Of a DNA stretch of 64,000 bases, positions 12,903 to 23,420 are shown piece by piece; within the stretch, counting starts at the first letter, position 1, and the number at the start of each line of letters is the position of its first letter. The stretch lies in contig JBNGIO010005877.1 in NCBI GenBank assembly GCA_049999805.1, positions 1 through 64,000 of the forward strand, written 5' to 3'. A program made the position numbers and the translations under genes. Under the pieces are notes generated by a model that was not told the DNA's origin, searched no databases, and worked only from the letters and a program-made list of their open reading frames with translations. This stretch comes from Folioceros fuciformis (taxonomy: Eukaryota).

Positions 12903-15900
12903 ATGGGCGTCTGCAGCGTGGCAGTTGAGTCTCAGGGGCAGGATCCGTATGGGGGACGATTCTCATGGACCCAACAAACTGGCGGATTCACAGGTTTCCG
13001 AGGCAGAGCTCCCAGTCGCCTGACTTCTAGAGACCAAGCGATCGCAAACCATGAAGCCGGCAGGTGCAGCACCTGCGCCAGACACTCAGCCCTTCCAAGA
13101 GCTGTTCTGGATATGGAGTTGGATTGTCGCGCCAAATCGAACTGGAGCTTGCCAGATGATGTAGAAGCTCAAAGGCCTGGAGAATCTGATGGAGGCGTGA
13201 GTGTTGAAACTGTTAGCAACTTATGTCATCGAGGCCGTCTAACTGAAGCTGTGGAGGGTTTAGGAATTCTTGTGCAGACGGACAGTTGCATATCCCCGTA
13301 TCTCTTGTATGATATCCTGAAGAAATGTGTAGCTAAAAAGGACCTTGTTCTGGGTCGCCGAGTTCATGCTTTCATTGTGAGAAAGGGGTACGAATCAGAC
13401 ACGTTCCTGTGCAACCACATTCTGCGAATGTATGCCTCTCATGGCAGGCTTCAAGACGCCATGGATGTGTTCCAAGTGGTGGGAAAACCAGATGTCTTCA
13501 TGTGGTCTTCCATAATTTCCGCCCATGTTAAACAGGGAAAAGACAAGCAAGCCTTACAACTGTATCAGCAGATGCGCAGCTCAAGTGTGAAGCCAGATGG
13601 CCATGTATTTGCGGCGGCCCTTCAGGCTTGTGCAAGGGGCTCAGATTTAAAAACTGGGCAGCAGGTTCATGCCGATGTTTTGGCCAGTGGCGTAGAGCCT
13701 GATGCGTTCATTTGCAGTTCCCTGGTGGACATGTATGGAAAGTGTGGCAGCTTGGATGATGCTCAGAGAGTATTTGACGGACTTAGTCAGAAAGATGTGG
13801 TGACGTGGAATTCAATGATAGCAGGATATGCCCAGCAGGGCATGGGCCAGGAAGCCCTTCGTCTCTTCAGCATCATGCAAGATGAAGGCATTGTTACACC
13901 TGATTGTGTGACATTTGTGTGCCTCTTACAGGCATGTGCAAGTATGGGGAGTGCAGCTTTGGAGAAGGGGCAGCAACTTCATGCAGAAATTCGAGAACGA
14001 GGTCATCATGCTGATGTGTTTGTGGCCAGCAGTTTGGTGAACATGTATGCAAAGTGTGGCAGTCTGGAGGATGCTCGAGTTGTGTTTGAGGGACTCGGTC
14101 GGAAGGATGTGGTCACATGGAATGCTATGATAGTCGGGTACACTCAGCAGGGCATGGGACAGCAAGCTCTTCGTCTCTATGGTGTTATGCAAGAAGAAGG
14201 CGTCTCTGCACCTAATTCCGTGACATTTCTGTGCCTCCTGCAGGCATGTGCAAGTGTGGGCGTCTCAGCTTTGGAGACAGGGAGGCAGATTCATCTGCAA
14301 ATAAAACAACGAGGTCATCAAGCTGATGTGTATGTAGCCAATAGTCTAGTAAACATGTATGCAAAATGTGGCAGCTTGCAAGATGCCCAGGGAGTGTTTG
14401 ATGGACTTGGTCAAAAAGATGTGGTGACATGGACTGCCCTGATTGCAGGCTATTCCCAGCAGGGCAGGGGCCAAGAAGCCCTTCGTTTGTACAGCGTTCT
14501 GCAAGAGGAAGGCATTGCAGTCCCAAACTCCGTGACGTTTGTGTGTCTCCTCCAGGCATGTGCAAATGTGGGCCCCCCGGCATTAGAGAAGGGGAAACGG
14601 CTTCACACGCAAATTCGAGAGGGAGGACATCAGGCTGACGAGTTTGTAGCCAGCAGTTTGGTGAACATGTATGCTAAGTGTGGCAGCCTGGAAGAGGCTC
14701 AGAGAGTGTTTGATGACCTTGGCCAGAAAGAGGTGGTGACTTGGACTGCTCTAATTACAGGGTATTCGCGACAGGGAAGGGGTCAGGAAGCTCTTCATCT
14801 GTACAGTGCTATGCAAGAAGAAAGCATTGCAGTACCCGATTCTGTGACATTTGTGTGTCTCCTGCAGGCTTGTGCAAGCATTGGCACCCCAGCTTTGGAG
14901 AAAGGGAAGCAACTTCATTCGCAAATAAGGGAACGAGGTTATGAAACGGAAGTATTTGTAGCCAATAGTTTGGTGAGTATGTATGCAAAGTGTGGTAGCC
15001 TGGAAGATGCTCAGGAAGTGTTTGAAGCTCTTGGTCAAAAGGATGTGGTGACATGGAATGCAATGATAGCAGGCTATTCCCAGCAGGGCATGGGTCAGGA
15101 AGCCCTTCGCATCTACAGTCTTATGCAAGGAGAAAGCAGCGCCGTTTTCCCAGATTGTGTGACGTTTTTGTGCCTTTTGCAGGCATGTGCAATTGTGGGG
15201 ATACCTGCCTTGGAGAAGGGGATGGAGCTACATACTCAAATTAGAGAACAAGGACTTGACTCTGATGTGTTTGTAGCAAGCAGTTTGGTCAACATGTACG
15301 CAAAATGTGGTAGCTTGGAAGATGCTCAGAGAGTGTTTGACAGACTTGACAAAAAAGATGTGGTAACATGGACTGCTCTAATAGCAGGATACTCCCAGCA
15401 GGGCATGGGCCAGGATGCCCTTCGTCTGTACAGTGCAATGCAAGAAGAAGCCGTCATTGTACCTAATGCCATCACATACGTCTGCCTTCTGCAGGCATGT
15501 GCAAGTGTGGGCAGCCCGGCGCTGGAGAAGGGGAAGGAGCTTCATACACAAATTAGAGGACGAGGATATCAAGCAGATGTGTTTGTAGCCAACAGTTTGG
15601 TGAGTATGTATGCAAAGTGTGGCAGCTTGGAGGACGCTCAGAGTGTGTTCGACGGACTTGGTCAAAAGGATGTGGTAACATGGAATGCCTTGATAGCAGG
15701 GTACTCCCAGAAGGGCCTGGGCCAGGAAGCCCTTCGTCTTTACACTGTTATGGAAGAAGAGAGCGCCAGCATACCGGATTCCGTGACATTCTTATCTCTC
15801 CTACAGGCATGTGCGAGCATGGGCACTTCAGCCTTGCAGAAGGGGAAGCAGCTTCATGCTCAGATTAGAGTGCGAGGATATCAAGGTGAGGTGTTTATCG

Positions 15901-16916
15901 CAAACAGCTTGGTGAACATGTATGCGAAGTGTGGCAGCCTAGAAGACGCTCAGAGAGTATTCGACCATCTGGAGCGAAAGGATGTGGTGGCGTGGACTTC
16001 TCTTATTGGAGGTTATTCCCAGCAGGGCATGGGCCAGGAAGCCCTTCGTTGTTACGCGGCCATGCAAGGTGAAGGCCTTGCCGTACCCGATTCCATGACT
16101 TTTGCGTGTCTGCTGCAGGCATGTGCAGATGTATCAGCTCTGCAACTGGGAAGGCAGCTCCATGCACAAATTGAAGCTGATGGCCTTCAAGGTGATGCAT
16201 TTGTATCCAGCAGTTTGATAAACATGTATGGAAAATGTGGGAGCATGGTTGATGCACAGGATGTGTTTGATGCGTTGCCCGAACAAGACATTGTTGCCTG
16301 GAGTGCACTCATTGCAGGCTACTCCTCTCAAGGACACAGTGAAGAGGTCTTCGAGCTGGTTCAGAGAATGAGAGAGGAAGGCATACAACCAGTCGACATC
16401 ACATTTCTGAGTGTGCTAACAGTCTGCAGTCACGCAGGTCTACTGGATGACGGGAGAGAGTACTTTGATGCCATGAGTAGAGACTGTGGTCTCACACCGA
16501 CAGTGGACCACTACACATGTATGGTAGATATCCTGGGCCGTGCAGGCGAACTGGAGGAGGCACTATCTTTGGTAAGCACAATGCCTATGTCCCCTAATCC
16601 TGCCATTTGGCACACCCTTTTGGGTGCCTGTCGAAAATGGAGCAACCTGGAGGTTGGACGCCATGCTTTTAACCAAGCTGTAAAGCTAGATGAGAAAGAC
16701 GCTGCAGCATATGTGTTGATGTCAAATATCTACACCAGTGTCCAGATGTGGGAGCAATCCCATGGGATGCAGGTCAAGCGAACCAAAGTAAAGGCATGGA
16801 AGCAGCCGGGACAAAGCTGGTGGACGGACGTGGATGGGGTAGTGCATAGTTTTTTAGTCGGGGAGAGGGGAACACCGGAAACCCGAGCAAGGCAAAATCA
16901 GTCAGTTTCAATTTGA
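12903..16916 (+). CDS. PLS-class PPR protein, E1/E2 + WW-type PG box, truncated before the DYW core
   Basis: Intronless 1337-aa ORF with eight near-identical P-L-S triplets. Ends KQPGQSWWTDVDGVVHSFLVGE...*. Confidence 0.93.
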   Translation: MGVCSVAVESQGQDPYGGRFSWTQQTGGFTGFRGRAPSRLTSRDQAIANHEAGRCSTCARHSALPRAVLDMELDCRAKSNWSLPDDVEAQRPGESDGGVSVETVSNLCHRGRLTEAVEGLGILVQTDSCISPYLLYDILKKCVAKKDLVLGRRVHAFIVRKGYESDTFLCNHILRMYASHGRLQDAMDVFQVVGKPDVFMWSSIISAHVKQGKDKQALQLYQQMRSSSVKPDGHVFAAALQACARGSDLKTGQQVHADVLASGVEPDAFICSSLVDMYGKCGSLDDAQRVFDGLSQKDVVTWNSMIAGYAQQGMGQEALRLFSIMQDEGIVTPDCVTFVCLLQACASMGSAALEKGQQLHAEIRERGHHADVFVASSLVNMYAKCGSLEDARVVFEGLGRKDVVTWNAMIVGYTQQGMGQQALRLYGVMQEEGVSAPNSVTFLCLLQACASVGVSALETGRQIHLQIKQRGHQADVYVANSLVNMYAKCGSLQDAQGVFDGLGQKDVVTWTALIAGYSQQGRGQEALRLYSVLQEEGIAVPNSVTFVCLLQACANVGPPALEKGKRLHTQIREGGHQADEFVASSLVNMYAKCGSLEEAQRVFDDLGQKEVVTWTALITGYSRQGRGQEALHLYSAMQEESIAVPDSVTFVCLLQACASIGTPALEKGKQLHSQIRERGYETEVFVANSLVSMYAKCGSLEDAQEVFEALGQKDVVTWNAMIAGYSQQGMGQEALRIYSLMQGESSAVFPDCVTFLCLLQACAIVGIPALEKGMELHTQIREQGLDSDVFVASSLVNMYAKCGSLEDAQRVFDRLDKKDVVTWTALIAGYSQQGMGQDALRLYSAMQEEAVIVPNAITYVCLLQACASVGSPALEKGKELHTQIRGRGYQADVFVANSLVSMYAKCGSLEDAQSVFDGLGQKDVVTWNALIAGYSQKGLGQEALRLYTVMEEESASIPDSVTFLSLLQACASMGTSALQKGKQLHAQIRVRGYQGEVFIANSLVNMYAKCGSLEDAQRVFDHLERKDVVAWTSLIGGYSQQGMGQEALRCYAAMQGEGLAVPDSMTFACLLQACADVSALQLGRQLHAQIEADGLQGDAFVSSSLINMYGKCGSMVDAQDVFDALPEQDIVAWSALIAGYSSQGHSEEVFELVQRMREEGIQPVDITFLSVLTVCSHAGLLDDGREYFDAMSRDCGLTPTVDHYTCMVDILGRAGELEEALSLVSTMPMSPNPAIWHTLLGACRKWSNLEVGRHAFNQAVKLDEKDAAAYVLMSNIYTSVQMWEQSHGMQVKRTKVKAWKQPGQSWWTDVDGVVHSFLVGERGTPETRARQNQSVSI

Positions 16917-17103
16917 GTAAGGAAGGATATTTGCCAATTGCTAATAACACCCCAACGGCAGGACATCCCTATGTCCTGTCTCCGGTCCCATCACCTGCAG
17001 GGCTATCCTGCGATTTCAAGAAAGATTGTGTGTGCGACAAAGTTGGCTACATCATCTGCCCCAAGGACTCTCAATATTCTGTGTGGTGACTAAAATTTTG
17101 TAC

Positions 17104-17113
17104 NNNNNNNNNN
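17104..17113. other. Assembly gap (10 N) flanked by a duplicated 47-mer
   Basis: 17057-17103 is identical to 17114-17160. Confidence 0.95.
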
Positions 17114-18186
17114 TGCCCCAAGGACTCTCAATATTCTGTGTGGTGACTAAAATTTTGTACTTGGGTCTATTCCGATCAGATTTATCTGGCATGAAGCAAT
17201 GGAATCGGTACTGGGAAAGCCGATCCTGAGGGTGGCTCTACACAACATTCGGTAAGTCAACTTCCTGGCCACGGTGCACATCATTGCCTGCTGGAGCCAT
17301 GTCAAGAACGCTGATACAGTGGCATGCACTCTACGAGGGTCTCGCCAGGTAGTCGACTTGCCTTGATCTTGTCCACCAACCAGCTGTTAGTTCTCTAAGG
17401 ATGTGTGGAAATGCACTCTAGTGTCATTGGTATTGACCGCCTTATGCGCACCGTTTGAACCAGATTCAACTCCTCGTACATCAAAGAGCCCGGCCCAAGG
17501 AAACATCACTCCTAAAGCAGCACCAGAATTGTTGTGTGCTCTGGAGGGCTGGTACGCTCCTACAAGACGTTACCTTCGAAAGTTGATCAGCTGCATCAGA
17601 ACTGCTGGGTTATATAGCTTCTGGGTCATCTTTGTACTGCAGTATTCTTAACCTCACTCAATGGGCCTTCTTGGGTTCTAAATTTGTTCGGATGGCAACC
17701 CTACCATTTTTTTGGCCCCGCTGTACATGGACCTTCACATAGAGAACACACTCTTCGAGAGTGGGCTCGCGGATCCGAAGAGATGTCGAAGCCTAGGTTC
17801 CCCGGATTGGAAGTTGCAGATGCAAGCATTTATCGCTACAGGCATTCTTTTTTTATTAGGAAGATCAGTTAGTACTATGATATTAGGAGTTGTCTGTTAA
17901 GATAAGCTAATTGCTTGTGTGGAATGCAAATGCCATGGACTCTCTCTAACAACTCACTCCACAACACTGCTCCGTTTACGACTGGTGTAAGTTCTAGGCT
18001 TCATTTTATATTAGCTCTTGCTGTGAACAGACAGGGTAATAATAATCAACCGATCTGGAGGGCTGCACCATTACCGCTGACCAGCTGAAGTCCCTTTCTC
18101 GGATGAGTTCCAATACAGATGGGCCGCTCCACGAACTACTCCTGTCCACAATTTTTGCTAGGAGAACTTGATTCGCTACAACTTGC

Positions 18187-19260
18187 CTACATGCTAATTT
18201 GCCCTGTCGTACGGTGAGTGGTTTCATTCTCGCCAGCTTCGTTGTCAAATTGTAAACAAATTCCATGCTTCTCGTGCAAAAGGTCCAAGACCAGAGATCC
18301 CAATCTTTCTAAAGCACTGCAGACTTCAGGATCGGTTTCATCTTCGTAACCCCGCTTAACTATTCTTGGTCCATTCACAGACTGAAATGCCTGTTTCCCT
18401 TCCTCCTGCTGTACTATCAAATAGATGGACTCAGCAGCCTCTAAGCGTATTCTGGGATCCTTCTCTACTTCACGTTCCATGGACAAGGGGACTGCTAGCT
18501 CTGCTGGCATGTTCCTTGTGTCCTCTTCTGGATAGATATGACTTCCAGCCAGAGGCAACAGTAGAGCAGGCCAGAGAAATTGCGAAACCTCTAGCAAGCT
18601 GGAGAGATGATTGTCAGCCTCAAAGCAGCAATTTCTGACCAGTCCTGTCACCCCCTTCTTCCGGATTAAGCTCTTGGCATCCATCTGGCGCAAAAGCATT
18701 TTAAGCAGTCCTCTCTTCCTATCCAGGAAAAGCTGGCGTCCCGAGGGAGTGGTGGTCAGATTTAGAAGAACTGCTGGCACATGCTCATACCTGTCTTCAG
18801 CGTCCTCATCCTCTGAATATCTGCTGAAAATCCTCACCAACCGGCTAACAAACAAGCCTGCCAGCTTTTGGTCTCCATCCTCCAGCATAATGGAGGCTCC
18901 CTTCTCTGACTGGCTCAAGTTCAAAAGCAGCATCACATACAGCCGAGTCACTGGAGCTCGCTGCGGCTGGAAGAGGAGCTCCATAACCCGCTGAACGACG
19001 CCGTCAGCCACCATCACTTCAGTGAATCTGGCGTCTTGAGACAAGTTGACAAGACTGCCAGCTGCCTCCCTAGCAACGTCCATGTCTTCATCTCCAAGCG
19101 CTACCCGCAGAGGCGGAATAAGCGATGTAATCGTGCAGCCCAAAAGTCGAATACCCTCGTCTGTTCCGGTGTAACCTTGCACGATGCCCAGCGCAGTTTT
19201 CCGAACCTGCGGCGAGGGTGAGGACAAGAAGGCTACAAGCTCGTCCAATTCCGTTGCCAT
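18187..19260 (-). CDS. HGH1: HGH1/FAM203 homolog (eEF2 chaperone, ARM-like), single exon
   Basis: MATELDELVAFLSSPSPQVRK...SLVNLSQ...RKKGVTGLVRNCCFEA...GPRIVKRGYEDETDPEV. ATG at 19260. Confidence 0.88.
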   Translation of the reverse strand: MATELDELVAFLSSPSPQVRKTALGIVQGYTGTDEGIRLLGCTITSLIPPLRVALGDEDMDVAREAAGSLVNLSQDARFTEVMVADGVVQRVMELLFQPQRAPVTRLYVMLLLNLSQSEKGASIMLEDGDQKLAGLFVSRLVRIFSRYSEDEDAEDRYEHVPAVLLNLTTTPSGRQLFLDRKRGLLKMLLRQMDAKSLIRKKGVTGLVRNCCFEADNHLSSLLEVSQFLWPALLLPLAGSHIYPEEDTRNMPAELAVPLSMEREVEKDPRIRLEAAESIYLIVQQEEGKQAFQSVNGPRIVKRGYEDETDPEVCSALERLGSLVLDLLHEKHGICLQFDNEAGENETTHRTTGQISM

Positions 19261-21008
19261 CCCCACCGCTCCGCAATCATCCAGACGCTAGCATTAGGTC
19301 AAGCAATGACCTGAATTTGAGTCAGAGACAAAAGCCCAAGGCATTCATTCTATATCAGACTAAGACCTGATCACTTACAACTCGCTCATGTCTTCAAGAC
19401 AGGCTCCACGCTGCTGCTCTGGACAGCGGGCTCTGAATCGCTTCCACGGACGACAAGCACGCCCTTGTTGTCGACAACCGGTGTAATCATCCCTCGTTGT
19501 TGTCACGGCACAAGGATGAATTCCAGGAGCTGACTCAGGACACACGGTGTCACAGCGTAGGCATGATAATGAGATTTGTGTCGCACATGTAGGCGGATCA
19601 CCGGGTTACATCCGTTGTCAACCAGTCCTCAATTGCAATGCGCGGCCGTCATTGCACAGCCAAATAGCTCAACCTGGTCCTCAGTTTCCAAAGCAATAGC
19701 AAGCAAGACGCAGCATGATAAAATAACAACAGTTATGATGAAGACCTCGGAGTGCAGGGAAAGATGGGCAAAAGTGGGGAGAAAGAGATTGTGTTTGGAA
19801 CCACATGATGTCCAATGATCAAGCTCGCAGCACCAGCATGTGGTATGGTGTGATCATAGAGTAGCACTGAGACGACAATCCCAATCTTTGGGGCACAGAA
19901 ACGAAAGCATCCGGTCCTTTCCGACTGCGGAGCGAGACGCACATCGTCACAAACCTCATCACATGGAACAATATATATTGATTGATGAATATCTTTTCAA
20001 GAGGCGGCAGTGTTGCATATGGGGATGCAGGTCGCGGTACTGTTGGGACGGAGAATGCCGAGAAGCCTCGTGGACGGCCGCAAGCCCGTGGGAGCTCCCG
20101 CTGTCCTTGTGACCGCCCGCCCTGCGTGCAGCAGCCTGCAGGTGAGCTGCTCGCACACGTTCCTCACAAAACCTAGAAAAGAATTCAATGGAGGACTCGG
20201 ATACGCTGTTACAATGCGTTTACTGGCGAAGCTTTTCCTGCGGATTCAAGTGTTCAGGCCCGGCATCCTGTCGGGTAAGGCTTCTTGGAGAATCCTCGTT
20301 AGCCTAGTGTGCACTGAGAGAAACTGGTAAGCACACACACTCCACAATATCGTCTCGACCTTTTTGCACTGGTCTGGAAGACAACATACAGTATGTAGCA
20401 CGGCATATTAGGCGGAAGAATCCTCGTTCTCAGAACTGGCATCGTGGACGAGGCATAGAGACAATCTCGACTGTAGCGAAGCATTTCTTGCTGTGTGAGG
20501 AGCGTGACAATCAATGGAGACGCAAGTTAACCAACTAACTCCATGTGACCTTAACGGTCTGAGGTGCTGGCCAATCTGCGGCCGTCCAAGGAGCTGGATC
20601 CCACGGCTGTGACGGCTGCTGGCCGTGGCCTGCTCGCAGCCGCCAGTTACCTGGTGTGGCGTGAAAGGCTGGCGTCCCTTGCTTGCTTGTGGGAAACACA
20701 TGAGGTTTACAGCCAGGACCAGTAGCCACCTCTTTGGGATTCGGATAAGTGGTAAAAACGGGCAGGCAAAATTATCCATGGCCTACGCATCGTGGTAAAC
20801 AGCAGCTCCGAGTCTGGGTCAGCTGGAGCCGCCAGGGTCCACCAACGGAATCGCCTTACGATCGGATGCTGCAGCGGATGCTGCCACACTGCCGTGCGTG
20901 TTTGTTGAGAGTGGGAGTGTCCATTTAGAAGCTCAGCTCGCCCGGTTCGCTTGGGGATGTAGCTGCAGACTGCAAAGAAGCCGGTGCCGATAGCTGCAGC
21001 TTGGGGGA

Positions 21009-23310
21009 ATGGCTTCCTTGAGAGTGTTGGGGCTGGGCGGCATTGGGTTGCAGCAGACGGGGTCCGAGCAACGCTGGGCTCCTCTCGGGGTGTGTTATCA
21101 GGAGAGGAGGATGTTGGGTTCGGGGTGCGGGAGAATGTGGGGCTCGGAATTGCTCGGCCCCGAGGCATGGAGGGGGCGTTTGCCAGGGATGAGGGCGGGG
21201 GCCAGGGCCGCCAGCACGTTGCTCGAGATGGTGCCCGAGGTGAAGAAGGAGAGGCTGAAATTGGAGCTGCCACGCTATGATCCAAGCAGGAGGAAGGCTG
21301 CAGACCTGGTTGTGGTGGGAGCAGGGCCCGCAGGCCTGGCTGTGGCTCAGAAGGTTTCCAAGGAGGGGCTGGATGTGTGCGTTATTGATCCCTCTCCTCA
21401 GAGTGTGTGGCCCAATAATTATGGCGTCTGGGTTGATGAATTCGAGGCCATGGACCTGCTGGACTGCCTGGACTATACCTGGGGTAGTGCTGAGGTGTAC
21501 CTGGATGACGACCGGAAGAAGTCTCTGGAGCGGCCTTACGGTAGAGTGAGTCGCACTCGCTTGAAGTCTAAGATGTTGGAGCAGTGTATAGCGAATGGCG
21601 TGCGATTCTATCAGTCCAAGGTACGGATTGGGGCTCCCAGTGACTGGACACCTGTTGCTGTTTTGTGCATGCTGTTCGTCGTGGTTCCAATTTTGCATTT
21701 TCCTGTTACGTTGTTTCAATGTGTGAGGTTGTCGTGCAGGTGAAGAACGTTGCTCATCTGGAAGACCGGTCCTCCGTTTCATGTGAGGATGATGTGTCCA
21801 TAGAAGCCGCAGTGGTCCTGGATGCAACTGGCCACTCTAGGCGGTTGGTGAAATATGACAAGCCCTTCAATCCGGGGTACCAGATCGCGTATGGCATACT
21901 TGCAGAGGTGAATCTGAAACCTTGGTCGGAGGATGGCCCATGTCTGAGGGACAGATGCTGCTGGACTGTGACATTGACGAATTGAATTTGTCTTATTCTG
22001 TAGGTGGATTCGCATCCATTTGAAGTCGACAAGATGCTGTTCATGGACTGGAGGGACTCTCACTTGCGCAGCCACCCTGAACTGAGCAAAAGAAACAAGG
22101 AGCTTCCGACGTTTCTGTATGCCATGCCGTTCTCTTCAACCAGAATATTTCTGGGTCTGTATGACTGTTCATGTCTGTGGAATACCTTCATTCCTTTCAA
22201 TGCTTCATCCTAGTGACTGGTCTCTTACTTGTTATCTGTCTCTGTGCTATAACAGAGGAGACATCGCTGGTTGCGAGGCCAGGTGTGCCGATGGAGGTCA
22301 TCCAGAGGAGGATGGAAGCCCGGCTCAAGCATCTCGGGATCAACGTAAAGAGCATCGAGGAAGACGAGTAGGATGCTCTTCTCTGCTTCAGACCGTCAGA
22401 TTGTGCGCGCGAAGTTGACTAACATTCATGTGTTTTCTCAGAAAATGTGTCATCCCCATGGGTGGTGTGCTACCTCTAATACCACAGCGCGTGTTGGGAA
22501 TTGGAGGCACAGCAGGAATGGTGCATCCGTCGACTGGTGCGTAAACGACGGTCCCAGACGGGTTTGGTTAACGTTCGTGGAGTGGCATGGGCCACCCTAA
22601 CTCACCCTAACGTTGGTGTTGTCGTGTGTGAGCAGGTTACATGGTGGCAAGGACTCTAGCAGCAGCCCCTATCTTAGCAGAATCCATTGTCCGTCGACTG
22701 GGAGGGTCACGAAGTGCTCCTGCCCCAGGAGGCGACAGTGTATCTACGCAATCTGCATCTACACCGGGGCTGCAATCCGAGGCTTCCACCAGCTCATCTG
22801 CAGAAGAATTGTCGGCTGGAGTGTGGGCCGATCTGTGGCCGGCTGAAAGACGAGAGCAGAGGGAGTTCTTTTGCTTCGGAATGGACGTCCTGCTTAAGGT
22901 AGAGCTGAAGTGGCAAATCACTCCCTCTTGCCCAACATAGATGAGCACATAAAGGGAAACGAAGCAGTCGTCGTGACATTCTTGTGTGTGTGTTTCAGCT
23001 TGATTTGGACGGAACAAGGCGTTTTTTCGATGCGTTTTTCGATCTGGAGCCCCACCATTGGCAGGGCTTTTTGTCCTCCCGACTCTACCTTGCTCAGGTG
23101 CGAAGCTCCCTCATCACCACATTTCGTTAGTCGATGTTATTCCGATCATGTACTGACATTTATTGTCTTACAATCTTGCAGTTGTTCACCTTTGGCCTGT
23201 CCCTTTTCTCCCATGCGAGCAATGTTACCCGATTGGAGATCATGGTCAAAGGAACCGCTCCTTTGGCACAGCTGCTTAGAAATTTGGCTACCATGAAGCG
23301 GGAGTTGTAG
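21009..23310 (+). CDS. LCYB: Lycopene beta-cyclase, 8 exons
   Basis: DLVVVGAGPAGLAVA, WPNNYGVWVDEF, YDKPFNPGYQIAYG, FLYAMPFS, IFLEETSLVARP, GGTAGMVHPSTGY, FFCFGMD. Seven GT-AG introns. Stop TAG at 23308-23310. Confidence 0.95.
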
Positions 23311-23420
23311 GGAACTCGGTTTCTTTGTCTTCTTAAGTACTGCTTGCAATGATTTTGTCTTGATGTGATTTTGCTAGTACCAATGGAGGAAACTGGTGAC
23401 GATCGTGGAAACGATCGCTA

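Noticed and set aside
9188..16916. Possibility that the PPR pair are U-to-C (DYW:KP/GRP-type) editing enzymes
   Set aside because: The box is PGQSWW (WW-type), not KPAxA, and no intact catalytic motif remains.
17057..17160. 47-bp perfect direct repeat around 10 N
   Set aside because: Typical unmerged contig overlap, so an assembly artefact.
17300..18100. Short ORFs between the PPR gene and HGH1
   Set aside because: No recognisable homology; likely UTR or intergenic sequence.
19300..20950. Several short ORFs and a donor-like GCAG|GTGAGC between HGH1 and LCYB
   Set aside because: No coherent gene model or recognisable domain.
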